DNA of 64,000 bases from a virus, in the IMG/VR virus record IMGVR_UViG_3300021141_000001; one strand, given 5' to 3'. The number at the start of each line of letters is the position of its first letter. The first letter of the stretch is position 1. Shown piece after piece: positions 1-10,248 of the stretch. The translations under genes were made by a program, and so were the position numbers. The notes under the pieces were generated by a model. That model saw only the letters and a list, made by a program, of their open reading frames with translations, was not told the DNA's origin and ran no database searches.

Positions 1-612
1 ATTTATCAAAAACAATCTAACTCATTAGAAGTTGCTAGAGAAATGGGTATTAACTGGTGGGATGAATGGAATGTTGGTGATGGTACAATTGGTCAGCGAT
101 ATGGTGCTACTGTTCAAAGATATGACTTAATGAATAAGTTATTGAAGTCTTTGAAAGAAGATCCTTTTTCAAGAAGACATATAATGAATATGTACCAAGA
201 GTCTGATATGGCTGAAACTAAAGGTTTACATCCTTGTGCTTATGAAACTATTTGGTCAGTTAGAAAAATTAATGATACTTACTATTTAGATATGACTTTG
301 AATCAAAGAAGTAACGACTATATTATGGCTGGATATATAAATAAAATTCAGTATGTGGCTTTACAAATGATGGTTGCTTCACATTTAGGTTATAAAGTGG
401 GTAAGTTCTGTCATTTTGTTCAAAATCTTCATGTTTATGATAGACATTTTGATGCGGCATCAGAGTTATTAAATAGAACACCACTAGAACAACAACCTAG
501 AATTGAGTTATTATCTAATAAGTCATTTTATGATTTTACAGTAGATGATTTCAAAGTAATTGATACTGATGGTATTAAAAAAATAGAAAGTAAGCTAGAG
601 ATAGCTATATAA
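1..612 (+). CDS. thyA: Thymidylate synthase (5' end outside window)
   Basis: LHPC catalytic motif, QRSND, HFVQNLHVYDRH; frame open upstream of the track start at 43. Confidence 0.95.
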   Translation: MYQKQSNSLEVAREMGINWWDEWNVGDGTIGQRYGATVQRYDLMNKLLKSLKEDPFSRRHIMNMYQESDMAETKGLHPCAYETIWSVRKINDTYYLDMTLNQRSNDYIMAGYINKIQYVALQMMVASHLGYKVGKFCHFVQNLHVYDRHFDAASELLNRTPLEQQPRIELLSNKSFYDFTVDDFKVIDTDGIKKIESKLEIAI

Positions 613-625
613 AATAATTATTAAT

Positions 626-1096
626 ATGGGAAGATATGATAATTTAGTAGAACAAATAAAGACAATTGACACTGAAGTTGTTAAAGATTGGAATAAGAAT
701 ACAGATCCAGCTATGAAAATTCTTGAAGAACAGAAGGTTTATATTTGGATAAGACTTTATTTAAAAGAGGAATCTGATGTTGAGATTGGTGATGATATTT
801 TTATGACATATACGCCAAGTGGTGAGAAATTAGAAACTAAATTTATTTGTTTTGGAAAAGAGGGTATGGAAAAGGATAACGATGGATTAGTTAATTGGAA
901 TTCAGAAGAAAATAAGAAAGTTCTTTGTTTAATGGTTAATCAAGATAAGATAAACAAAGGAACTGATATACCATTTATTAGAACATTATTTAAGACAGGA
1001 ATTCACTACGAATATCAATTAGTAAGAAGAGATGAATTATTATTCATTAATAGTAGAACTGGTGAGACTTTAGACTATTTTGACTGTGATTATTAA
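626..1096 (+). CDS. Hypothetical protein
   Basis: 156-aa ORF in operon position after thyA. Confidence 0.7.
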   Translation: MGRYDNLVEQIKTIDTEVVKDWNKNTDPAMKILEEQKVYIWIRLYLKEESDVEIGDDIFMTYTPSGEKLETKFICFGKEGMEKDNDGLVNWNSEENKKVLCLMVNQDKINKGTDIPFIRTLFKTGIHYEYQLVRRDELLFINSRTGETLDYFDCDY

Positions 1097-1135
1097 AAAA
1101 AATTTAAAAATGTAAAAAAAATGAGTTTTTCAATA

Positions 1136-1144
1136 TAATATATA
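1136..1144 (+). promoter_or_regulatory. Putative phage late promoter TAATATATA (representative of 23 exact copies)
   Basis: Exact 9-mer recurring in intergenic regions on the sense strand upstream of genes. Confidence 0.7.
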
Positions 1145-1168
1145 CATTATAAAAATAAACTAATAGAC

Positions 1169-1711
1169 ATGAGATATTTAAAAACTTATGAATCATTTTC
1201 AACAAACGAAGAGTTCTTAGGTGGACTTTGGAACAAAATTAGTTCAGCATTCGCTAATTGGAAAAATGAAAAATTGAAAAATGCTGGTGAAAAACTAGCT
1301 AAGGCAATTGAAGAAAAGAAAGACCAACCAGAAATGGCTAAGGCTCTTGCTGACTTAAAATCTGCTTATGCTTCTTTACCACAAGAAGATAAAGCTAAAA
1401 TTGAATCACTTAAAGATGAGAAAAATATTCCTGTTCATACTGAAGCTTCTACAGAAGAAGAAATAATGGCTGAATCACTTCTTCTTGAAGAAGAAGGATT
1501 AGCTATGAAAATTATTGGTTGGTTAGGTTTATCTGCTAGTGCTATTTCTTTTGTAACTTTAATCGTTACTGTTGTTCAAATAGCAATCGCTGGTTCTGGT
1601 TTCCCACTTACATTATTTGGATTATCATTAGGTACTTTAGGTGCTATCTGTATGGTCGCTGTGATGGTATTTGGTATCGGTGGTAGTATGGCAATGGAAT
1701 ATGCTGACTAA
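1169..1711 (+). CDS. Putative virion-internal membrane protein with capsid-targeting-like N-terminus
   Basis: MRYLKTYESFSTNEE start; two C-terminal hydrophobic helices. Confidence 0.6.
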   Translation: MRYLKTYESFSTNEEFLGGLWNKISSAFANWKNEKLKNAGEKLAKAIEEKKDQPEMAKALADLKSAYASLPQEDKAKIESLKDEKNIPVHTEASTEEEIMAESLLLEEEGLAMKIIGWLGLSASAISFVTLIVTVVQIAIAGSGFPLTLFGLSLGTLGAICMVAVMVFGIGGSMAMEYAD

Positions 1712-1747
1712 TTAAAATATTAAACAATATATAAAAAGGAGATAATA

Positions 1748-1978
1748 TTAATTATCTCCTTTTTTTTCTGCCAAGATTTTTTCAACTTCAGCGTCAATTC
1801 CACTAACTCTTAAAGTCCACTTAGTTAAGAAAAAGTTTCCAGCTAATACAGCTAATTGAAATGGAAAACTAGTTAAGATTTGTTTTTGACCTCCTAAGAA
1901 GTATAAAGCGAATACAAACATAGCTAAAGAAACTGTGTGATGAATTGCTTTGTAGTTTTTACAGTATAATGTTTTCAT
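1748..1978 (-). CDS. Small membrane protein (probably early)
   Basis: Two hydrophobic segments; host-type promoter upstream. Confidence 0.65.
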   Translation of the reverse strand: MKTLYCKNYKAIHHTVSLAMFVFALYFLGGQKQILTSFPFQLAVLAGNFFLTKWTLRVSGIDAEVEKILAEKKGDN

Positions 1979-2004
1979 GTTGTAGTGATTTTTTAATTGT
2001 TTAA

Positions 2005-2035
2005 CAAAGATAAGCTATTTTATCTAAATACCAAA
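2005..2035 (-). promoter_or_regulatory. Bacteroidota sigmaA-type promoter
   Basis: TTTG-N19-TATCTTTG on minus strand. Confidence 0.7.
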
Positions 2036-2093
2036 AATAAAATAACTTTTTTCTAAAAAATATCTATAACTCATGTAAAAATAAATAGAATAG

Positions 2094-3620
2094 ATGTTAG
2101 TTGAAACACAATACTTAACAAATAGTAAGAAATTAGTAGTTAGTTACGTTGATAAAACCGGTGATATAAAGCTTAAATATTATAATTGGGAAGATCCAAT
2201 GAAATATGTTGCTTGTGAAGATACAGATGTACAAAAACATCCTGAGTTTAGATCATGGGATGGTAAATCTGTAAAACAAATAGAAGTAAATCACCCTGAT
2301 AGATATGCTATCTATGAGTTCTTGGATGGTTTACCTGAATCAGAAAAAAATGAAATATTTGAATTTAATCTTCCTAAGATTTATTTTATAGATATTGAAA
2401 CCGAAATCGTTGATGGTTTCCCGGAAGCGGCTGATGTTAAAGACCAAGATGGTAATGTAACAAAAGAAGGTGCTTCTACTCAAGTTCTTTCAATTTCAAT
2501 TGTATATGATGATAAAATCATTCTTTTAGGTCTTAAAGAAATGTCAGAAGAAGTTCAAGAAAGAATTACAAATAACACTAATAAATACTTTGAGAAGTTT
2601 GGTACTGAATATAAATTCAAATACATTAAATATGATGATGAGTTTGATATGCTTTATGCTTTCTTCTATAAGATGATTCCTAAGATGCCAATTCTAACTG
2701 GATGGAACTTTCTTCAGTATGACTGGTTATATTTAGTGAATCGTTCTAGAAAGATTTCTAAATGGGTAAATGGTAAAGAATATAAAATTGATCCAGCTGT
2801 TTCATCTTTGACAAAAAGAATGAATAAGATTTGGTCTACTGAATTTGAAGTACCTGCTCATCGAATGATTTTTGATTACATGCAACTTTATGAAATATGT
2901 GATACTTCTATTAAAGTAAAAGAGTCATCATCATTAGATTTCGTTGCTAATAAATTAGTTGGTGTTGAAAAGATTAAATATAATGGTTCATTACAAAAAC
3001 TTTATGAAGATGATTTTGAAACATTTATGTATTATAACGCAGTTGATAGTGTTCTAGTACAAAAGATTCATGAAGCTCGTAACTATATCTCAATTATTTA
3101 TGCGATTTCATCATTGGCTCAAATTAGAATCATCGATGTTGTTTCTCAAATGAATAATGCTCTAGGTTCTTTGGCTATTACAGAAGGCGTTTTAAGAAAT
3201 AGATTCCGTAAGATGGACAACATTGTACTTTTCCGAGATGAAAGAGGTGATGCTGATTCTACAATTGCTGGTGGTTGGGTAAAAGATCCTGTGGTCGGTA
3301 TGAATCAGTGGTGTGTTACTTATGACTTTGCCTCACTTTATCCAACAACTCAAAGACAATTCTTTATTGCTCCTGAAACATTTATTGGTCTTCAAGATGA
3401 AAAAGATAAATCTAAGTGTACTAACGGTAGACCTATCGATCCTGATAAACACGTTCTTTGTATCAATGGTGTTGTATTTGAAAAAAGAATATCTCCAACT
3501 TTAAATATGCTTGAAGACGTTTATGCTGATAGAAAGAAAGCTAAGAAAGTCATGATGGATAAAAAAGAAGATTTGAAGAAGATTTTAGACGAAATCAAAC
3601 AGTTAGAGGCGGAAATTTAA
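2094..3620 (+). CDS. Family B DNA polymerase, N-terminal subunit of a split gp43-like enzyme
   Basis: ExoI DIETE, ExoII GWNFLQYD, ExoIII YNAVD, motif A DFASLYP; ends in first fingers helix, motifs B and C absent. Confidence 0.88.
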   Translation: MLVETQYLTNSKKLVVSYVDKTGDIKLKYYNWEDPMKYVACEDTDVQKHPEFRSWDGKSVKQIEVNHPDRYAIYEFLDGLPESEKNEIFEFNLPKIYFIDIETEIVDGFPEAADVKDQDGNVTKEGASTQVLSISIVYDDKIILLGLKEMSEEVQERITNNTNKYFEKFGTEYKFKYIKYDDEFDMLYAFFYKMIPKMPILTGWNFLQYDWLYLVNRSRKISKWVNGKEYKIDPAVSSLTKRMNKIWSTEFEVPAHRMIFDYMQLYEICDTSIKVKESSSLDFVANKLVGVEKIKYNGSLQKLYEDDFETFMYYNAVDSVLVQKIHEARNYISIIYAISSLAQIRIIDVVSQMNNALGSLAITEGVLRNRFRKMDNIVLFRDERGDADSTIAGGWVKDPVVGMNQWCVTYDFASLYPTTQRQFFIAPETFIGLQDEKDKSKCTNGRPIDPDKHVLCINGVVFEKRISPTLNMLEDVYADRKKAKKVMMDKKEDLKKILDEIKQLEAEI

Positions 3621-3669
3621 CAAAATAGATTTTACTTTTTAATATATACAGAAAAATAAAATATTTTTT

Positions 3670-6060
3670 ATGGAAATTAAAAAGTTTTCTGATTTTGAAT
3701 ATCTTAACGAAGAAGAGAATCTTTGGGGTAATATAAAATACGGTCTTAGTAAACTAGGTAGATATAAAGCTAATGGTAAAATCTTTGGTAAAGGCGAAAC
3801 TGATAAAAAAGCCGCTGAAGAAATTGGTAGAATTATGGGTAATACTACTAATGCTGCTCTTAGTGCTGTTTATGATAAAGTAAAAGAAAAATCACCTGAG
3901 TGGCCCAATGATAAAAGTAGAGTTGCTTTTTTAAGAGGTGTTTTAATGTATGGTCAATTCTATGACTCTATTGTTGCTGCCGCTGAAAAAAGTCCAGAGG
4001 AAGAAGGATATTTAGATCCAGAAGTTGCTAATAAACTTATTGAGAATACAAGAAAGGTTGTTAAAAAAGCATTAGATACTGATTTAGCGGCGGTTTATTC
4101 TGTGATGGATTCTAATAATTCTATTGATTTAAACAAAGAAGAATTACTTTTTGAAGAAATATTTAATTTAGAAAATGAGCCTATTAATGAGGAGTTCTTA
4201 AAGAAGTTAGGTCAGTTAAAAGACAAAGCTATGGATGCTCTTTTTGGTAAAAAAGATGAAGATTCAGAAGCTAGAAAAGCTGGAAACAGACAATCTGCTA
4301 AGTTACAAGGTGCTGGAGACGACAACGTTGTTGATAGTGAGAGAATGAAAACTCTTAAATCTAATAAACTTCCTTTAATTTTAGCTGGAGTTGGTGGTGC
4401 TTTAGGTGCTATTGGTTGGATTGCTCAAACTCAATGGTTTAAAGACTTAATTACTACAACAATTAAACACCCTGCTCAGTTTGGTGAGAAAACATTTACA
4501 ACTACTGTTGAGAATAATCTTAAAGTAGATCCAAAAGGATGGTCATATACTATTCAAAATAATGGATTTATGGATGCTACTGGTAAATCATTGAATTTCA
4601 ATCAACCAGTTGGTAACTTAAAAGACGCTTTCAGTTTCTATGGTGGTGGTGATCAGGCAAAAGGTATTGAAGCTATGTCGAGCTTCTTAGGAGGTGGCGG
4701 AAAAGCTTCTTCTGTTGCTGATATTACTAGTCAATTAGCAAATCCAGCAAATAAAACAGTTGGTGATATTTTTAATCATCTTGAAGGAACTTGGGGAGAT
4801 AACGTTTTAATGAACCAAAATGGTGGTGCTAAAAGTTTTATTGCTAAACAAGTTTATACTCAAACTAAAAAAGTTTTAATTAGAGCTGGTTTTACAACAA
4901 CTACAACATCTGCTGCTGGTAGTTATTTAATTTCAATAGCTCCTGTTCTTTCAGCTTTAGGTATTGCTCTTATTGGTGCCGGTGCTGTTGTTAAATTATT
5001 AAGAGAAAAAGGACAAAGACAATCAAGAGCTAAAACTCTTAACGATTTATTACAATCATTAGTTTTAGTTAAAATAACAGATAAAAATAAATCTAAAGGT
5101 GAAGAAGAAGGAACTGGAAAAGATGAAGAAATAAATACTACTGATGTTCCAACTGAAAAGTCAATTTATCCTTTAATGATTAAAAACCTTACTCAATTAA
5201 AAAGTTTAATTATTACTTCTGCTGGTGTTAAACTAGAAGGTGAAGGTGGTGATAAAGGTGCTGGTAATATTAAAATTGGTAAAGAGTATTACTTTACAAA
5301 TAAAAAAGGAGATAAGAAAAAAGTTAAAGTTATTTCATTAACACACGATACAACAGTTGGTAAAGATAGAACTTGGTTAACTAAAGATGATGTGAAACAA
5401 ACAACTTTATCTAAAGGAAAAGCATCTGTTATCTTCAAAGATAAAAAAGGTGAATATACTGCTAGTTCTCCAGAAATGGCTGTTAATTTTGACCAATTAA
5501 GTCCAGTTAAAGAGTCAATCTCAATTAGTAAGTTTGATGATATCGTATTAGAAGATAAAAAAATTGGTACTCAAAGAAATGTTGAAGTAACTAAAGGTGA
5601 AGATTATTTAACACAAGCAGTTTCTAATATTAGAAAATCTCTTAAAAGTATTGTTGATGAGAAAGATAAAGGAGTTGGAATAACTGAAGATTTTATACAA
5701 GCTATACTAGACAAGAAAATGGATTCTGAAACTAAAGCTCCAGTTAAAGAATTATACGCTGAAGTTTATGATTATTTATATGGTAAAAAGGCTAGCACTT
5801 TGGGAGATTTTGCTCCTTTGTATAAAGAAAGTGTTGATGTTATATCTAACAAAGGTAAACGTCAAGTAGTAGCTGAAAAAATGGCGAGATTTACAAAAAG
5901 ATCTTTACAATTTGAAGGTGAAGGATTCTATGGTGGAATGGGTGAGTTTGGTGCTGACTTACAAGATTTTAATAAGTCATTCAAACAAATTATGAGTTAC
6001 TTCAAAGAAAAGAAAGACGAAGTTAAAGAAAGTAAAATTTACAAATTCAAAGATATGTAA
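3670..6060 (+). CDS. Large putative virion-internal protein with hydrophobic helices
   Basis: MEIKKFSDFEYLNEE start, TAATATATA at 3640, two Gly/Ala-rich TM-like segments. Confidence 0.6.
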   Translation: MEIKKFSDFEYLNEEENLWGNIKYGLSKLGRYKANGKIFGKGETDKKAAEEIGRIMGNTTNAALSAVYDKVKEKSPEWPNDKSRVAFLRGVLMYGQFYDSIVAAAEKSPEEEGYLDPEVANKLIENTRKVVKKALDTDLAAVYSVMDSNNSIDLNKEELLFEEIFNLENEPINEEFLKKLGQLKDKAMDALFGKKDEDSEARKAGNRQSAKLQGAGDDNVVDSERMKTLKSNKLPLILAGVGGALGAIGWIAQTQWFKDLITTTIKHPAQFGEKTFTTTVENNLKVDPKGWSYTIQNNGFMDATGKSLNFNQPVGNLKDAFSFYGGGDQAKGIEAMSSFLGGGGKASSVADITSQLANPANKTVGDIFNHLEGTWGDNVLMNQNGGAKSFIAKQVYTQTKKVLIRAGFTTTTTSAAGSYLISIAPVLSALGIALIGAGAVVKLLREKGQRQSRAKTLNDLLQSLVLVKITDKNKSKGEEEGTGKDEEINTTDVPTEKSIYPLMIKNLTQLKSLIITSAGVKLEGEGGDKGAGNIKIGKEYYFTNKKGDKKKVKVISLTHDTTVGKDRTWLTKDDVKQTTLSKGKASVIFKDKKGEYTASSPEMAVNFDQLSPVKESISISKFDDIVLEDKKIGTQRNVEVTKGEDYLTQAVSNIRKSLKSIVDEKDKGVGITEDFIQAILDKKMDSETKAPVKELYAEVYDYLYGKKASTLGDFAPLYKESVDVISNKGKRQVVAEKMARFTKRSLQFEGEGFYGGMGEFGADLQDFNKSFKQIMSYFKEKKDEVKESKIYKFKDM

Positions 6061-6065
6061 AAAAG

Positions 6066-6090
6066 AAACCTCTGAGAAATCAGAGGTTTT
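6066..6090. terminator. Bidirectional intrinsic terminator
   Basis: AAACCTCTGA-GAAA-TCAGAGGTTT between convergent genes. Confidence 0.8.
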
Positions 6091-6091
6091 T

Positions 6092-6742
6092 TTATACCTT
6101 AACAGGTGTGAAATCAAAGTTAGGTAATTTTTCTCGAACTACTTTAGTAGCTCTTTTAATATATTTAGCATTGTCATCATAGAAGATAGCTTTTTGAAAT
6201 CCTGTTTCATTTATTATTTCTACTATTCTTTCACCTTTCCAATGTCCAGAATTTTTTGTTCCATTTGGAGCCATATGTAAACCGTATTTAGGTAATTCTA
6301 ATCCTAAGTCTAATAATGTTCTAGTTATCTTATTTCTTAGTGATTCTTCTCTAGCTGTTACTATACATTTATTTTCAACTGATTTGTATAATTCTGAAAG
6401 ATCTTTTAATGTACTTGGTAAACTTAAATCTGATAAGTGAAAAGCATTTGGAGTGAACATATATAATCTATCTCCTTTTCTAACCCAGTTACCGAACTCT
6501 TTAAGCTCTTTATTAGGGTCAAGTACATAGATTCTACCATCTTGCCATTTTAGGTCGTCTAATGTAACGCCTACTCTATTTATAGATTGATTTAATAAGT
6601 CTTTGATTGTTATATCTTCCTTTAGATAATTTATAGCTAATTCATCAAAACTTGGCGAATTCACAAGCGTGTCATCAAAGTCAAAAATGTAAAGCACATT
6701 CTCGCTTGTAAATTCATTGTAGTTTTTAATCTTCATATTCAA
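6092..6742 (-). CDS. HAD-superfamily phosphatase (RNA-repair-like HAD type)
   Basis: FDFDDTL motif I, VTAR, FYDD motif IV; MKIKNYNEFTSE tag. Confidence 0.75.
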   Translation of the reverse strand: MNMKIKNYNEFTSENVLYIFDFDDTLVNSPSFDELAINYLKEDITIKDLLNQSINRVGVTLDDLKWQDGRIYVLDPNKELKEFGNWVRKGDRLYMFTPNAFHLSDLSLPSTLKDLSELYKSVENKCIVTAREESLRNKITRTLLDLGLELPKYGLHMAPNGTKNSGHWKGERIVEIINETGFQKAIFYDDNAKYIKRATKVVREKLPNFDFTPVKV

Positions 6743-6911
6743 AAAATATATCTATAATATCTTGAAACTCTTTTCCAAAGTGTTTAAGACATAGTGTATA
6801 TATTTCTTCTTTCAACTCATATCCTTGTGAAAAAAGTTGGTGTACATAAGTTTCTATATCATCAACAGATGTATAGATGTTAAATTCGTCATAATCAGGT
6901 ACTAATAGCAT
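6726..6911 (-). CDS. Hypothetical protein
   Basis: 61-aa ORF behind TAATATATA at 6934-6942. Confidence 0.6.
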   Translation of the reverse strand: MLLVPDYDEFNIYTSVDDIETYVHQLFSQGYELKEEIYTLCLKHFGKEFQDIIDIFFEYED

Positions 6912-7021
6912 AATAAAGGAAGGTAATTTATTCTATATATTACGAAAAATCGCCAAAAATTTAGATTTTTCAAACATTTATCAAAAAAATCATATAAATT
7001 TTACAAAAAGATTAAAAAAGT

Positions 7022-8689
7022 ATGTCATTAAAAACGGATCTTGCCAAATACAAGCCTAGAAAGGAACAAAAAGAAGCTCTTAATTTTATAGAAGCTGAAT
7101 ATCAAAAGAATAAATTGAATAAATTTTTCTTACTAAATCTTCCAGTTGGTTCTGGTAAATCTCACTTAGCTTTAATGATTGCTGATTGGTATAAAAAGAA
7201 TGTTAATAAACTTGCTAAAGTTGATATCATTACTAATAGTAAACTTCTTCAAGACCAATATTCAAACGAATATGAATCTATTTCTGATTTGAAAGGTAAA
7301 GATAATTATGAATGTGAACAATACTCTTGTTCTTGTGCTCAAGGTGCTGAATTTAATCGTTTAAATAAAACATCTTGTGAATCTTGTCCTTATACTTCTG
7401 CTAAAGAATCTTTTATCAGTGGTAATATATCACTTACTAATTTTTACTTATACATTCTTTATGCTATCTATAATCCAAAATTATTAGAAAGTAGAGATTC
7501 AAGAGTTCTTATTGTCGATGAAGCTCATGAGTTTGATGATGTTATGTCTGACTTTATCACTATTAAAGTAACTGAAAATATGGTTAAAAGATTTAAGTTT
7601 GCTGATGAGTATTCTATTATGAAACAACTTAAAGCCGTTACTTCTATTTCAAATTATGTTGACTTTTTGAAATATCTTAATGGTGAAGTTTTAACGACAC
7701 TTGAATCTATGGAAAAAGGAATGTCAACTTCTCCAAGAAATGTTAAACAAGATAAAAGAGACTTAAAAATTAATAAACTTATTGGTGGTAAAAACTCTGA
7801 TGTTAAAACCATGCAATTGGCTACTGATTTAAGACAGTTACAATTAAAAATTGAAATCTTCTTAAAAGAGTATAAAGAAAATCCTAACAACTGGGTATTA
7901 GAAACTTATTATAATGAGAAGTTAAAACAAAAAGAATTGTCTTTGGAGCCTATTTGGGCTTATGATTACTTAGATAAGTATGTTTTTAGTAATTATGATA
8001 TGGTTATTCTTATGTCAGGTACTATTTTAGATAAGAACCTATTCTGTCAGTTAAATGGTTTAGACGTAGCTAAAGCTGTGTACTACTCAATTCGTTCACC
8101 GTTTAATCCTAAGAATCGACCTATCTTTTATATGCCTTTAGGTAAGATGTCTTATAAATCTAAAGAAGAAACATTTAAGAAGTATATTCCTTATATTAAG
8201 AAGTTATTAGATAAGTATAAAAATAAGAAAGGTATCATTCATACTAACTCATTTGAATTAGCTAAATGGATTGAACAATCAATTCGAGATCCAAGATTGA
8301 TATTTCACGACTCTTCTAATAAAGATGAAATGTTGAAACTTCATAAGGAATCAGAAGAACCAACAGTTATTGTTTCTCCTTCTATGGATACTGGAGTTTC
8401 TTTTGATAATGATGATGCTCGCTTTCAAATTATTGCTAAAGTTCCTTATCCTTCTTTAGGTTCTCAAAAGAATAAATTGAGACAATCAAATAATCCTGAT
8501 TGGTATGCTTGGAAAACAGTTTCTGGTTTAGTTCAGATGTCAGGTAGACCAGTTCGTTCAGAAATTGATTATGCTGATACTATTATCTTAGATGGTTCAT
8601 TTGGTGATGTTATTAAACACAGTTCACACTTTATACCGGATTGGATTCAAGAGGCTATTAAAAAGATAAACGTTAACATTAACGCATAA
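7022..8689 (+). CDS. DinG/XPD-like SF2 helicase
   Basis: PVGSGKS, Cys cluster, DEAH, MSGT, QMSGRPVR. Confidence 0.85.
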   Translation: MSLKTDLAKYKPRKEQKEALNFIEAEYQKNKLNKFFLLNLPVGSGKSHLALMIADWYKKNVNKLAKVDIITNSKLLQDQYSNEYESISDLKGKDNYECEQYSCSCAQGAEFNRLNKTSCESCPYTSAKESFISGNISLTNFYLYILYAIYNPKLLESRDSRVLIVDEAHEFDDVMSDFITIKVTENMVKRFKFADEYSIMKQLKAVTSISNYVDFLKYLNGEVLTTLESMEKGMSTSPRNVKQDKRDLKINKLIGGKNSDVKTMQLATDLRQLQLKIEIFLKEYKENPNNWVLETYYNEKLKQKELSLEPIWAYDYLDKYVFSNYDMVILMSGTILDKNLFCQLNGLDVAKAVYYSIRSPFNPKNRPIFYMPLGKMSYKSKEETFKKYIPYIKKLLDKYKNKKGIIHTNSFELAKWIEQSIRDPRLIFHDSSNKDEMLKLHKESEEPTVIVSPSMDTGVSFDNDDARFQIIAKVPYPSLGSQKNKLRQSNNPDWYAWKTVSGLVQMSGRPVRSEIDYADTIILDGSFGDVIKHSSHFIPDWIQEAIKKINVNINA

Positions 8690-8690
8690 A

Positions 8691-8716
8691 AAAACCCACT
8701 CATTTGAGTGGGTTTT
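8691..8716. terminator. Bidirectional terminator, CCCAC family
   Basis: AAAACCCACTCATTTGAGTGGGTTTT, identical to 17989-18014. Confidence 0.8.
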
Positions 8717-8738
8717 TGTTTTATATTAAATTTAAAAA

Positions 8739-9272
8739 TTATTTCTTTTTTGCTTCAATTGCTTTTCTTAATCCTTCAGGTAATTTAGATTGTGCTTTAG
8801 ATAAACCTTTAGTTTCCTTCTTATCATCTTTCTTATCATCTTTAGCGTCTTTAGCCGCTTTTTTCATAGATTCTTTTTTGTTACCATCTTTGTCTAAGTC
8901 TAAAAAGTCAGGTTTAGCTTTTTTGCCACCTTTTTCTTCTTTATCTTCTTTCTTATCAGCTTTTTTACCAGCTTTTTTATCTAAGTAAGCTTGAAAACCA
9001 GCGTTGATTTTTTTTCTCTCAACTACTTCGTCACCCCAAACTCTACCTCTTTCTTCTTCTCTTTCATCTTCGTAAGTATCTTCTTCTTCAGATTCTTCTC
9101 TTTCTTCTAATTCTTCTTCCTCTTCTTCAGAGTTGAAAATTTCTTCTTCTTCTTGATCAAAAGCTTGCTGATTTTCAGCAGGATTAGTCATAAGATTTTT
9201 ATTTTCCTCTTCTTCAGAGAATCTACCTAGGTCATGACCTGTGAAGTTTTCGAATTTTTTTAAGTATTTCAT
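8739..9272 (-). CDS. Acidic/basic low-complexity protein with EF-hand-like loop, putative internal head protein
   Basis: MKYLKKFENF start, poly-Glu then Lys-rich, DLDKDGN motif. Confidence 0.65.
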   Translation of the reverse strand: MKYLKKFENFTGHDLGRFSEEEENKNLMTNPAENQQAFDQEEEEIFNSEEEEEELEEREESEEEDTYEDEREEERGRVWGDEVVERKKINAGFQAYLDKKAGKKADKKEDKEEKGGKKAKPDFLDLDKDGNKKESMKKAAKDAKDDKKDDKKETKGLSKAQSKLPEGLRKAIEAKKK

Positions 9273-9402
9273 TTTAGCACAATAATTTTTTATAACTTAT
9301 ATATTAATTACAAAACATCAAATAACCTATTTTTCTTAGTTTCTTGAAAATATTTTGAAACTTTAAGAAAAATGATGGTAAATAAATAATATATACTTTA
9401 AT

Positions 9403-10191
9403 ATGAAGATTCAAAGATATACTGACTATACACTACAAAATGAAATGGCTGAAGAATTCTTAAACTCATTTGATAAAATGGTTAAAGAATCAGATGGTGG
9501 TACATCATATCAAAAAGTCGCTAAAAAAGTAATTTCAGACTTAAAGTTAAATGTTAGTTTAGTTGCCACATTTGGTGCTGGTATTGGTGCTCTTTATCCT
9601 GTTGTTCAAGGATTAATGGAAAATATGAATCTTGATTCATTTATTCTTACACCTGAATCAATTGTTCTATTAACATTATCTTCTGTTACTATAGCATATT
9701 TACAAGAGAAAAAATTCAAATCTGCTGAAGAAGAAGACCAACTAACAAAAGATTCTAAATCTATGTTAGAAGAGTTAAAAATGAAAGGATTTGGAAATGG
9801 TATAGTTAAAAAACTAATCAAAAGTCTAGAATCTGTTAAAAACATATTTTTGGTAATTGGTAAACATATAGGTGCTGTTATTGGTAGTATTGTGGATATG
9901 TTTGCTTATACTTCACTTTTAATTCCTTTATTGAATGGCGTTATGACTATAATACATAAATATGATTTGAATCTAGAAACACTTCCTCAAAATTTTCTAG
10001 GATTGGCTGTTGGTGTTGGTACTATTATAGCTAAACATGGTATTGTAGAAATTATAAACAGAATTAAAAATAAATTTCCTATTAATCCAAAAGAAGTTCT
10101 AGATGATATAGAAACTCCTGCTATTCAAAGATTTGCTACGTTTGGAGACTCAGAAGAGAAACAAGACGGTGATTTAATCAAGGAGCAATAA
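9403..10191 (+). CDS. Putative virion-associated membrane protein
   Basis: MKIQRYTDY..NE start, several hydrophobic helices, TAATATATA at 9387. Confidence 0.6.
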   Translation: MKIQRYTDYTLQNEMAEEFLNSFDKMVKESDGGTSYQKVAKKVISDLKLNVSLVATFGAGIGALYPVVQGLMENMNLDSFILTPESIVLLTLSSVTIAYLQEKKFKSAEEEDQLTKDSKSMLEELKMKGFGNGIVKKLIKSLESVKNIFLVIGKHIGAVIGSIVDMFAYTSLLIPLLNGVMTIIHKYDLNLETLPQNFLGLAVGVGTIIAKHGIVEIINRIKNKFPINPKEVLDDIETPAIQRFATFGDSEEKQDGDLIKEQ

Positions 10192-10248
10192 GTTTAAATC
10201 TAAACTTAGTCCTTTCATTTGATATAATATAAAAATGAAAATGGTTAA

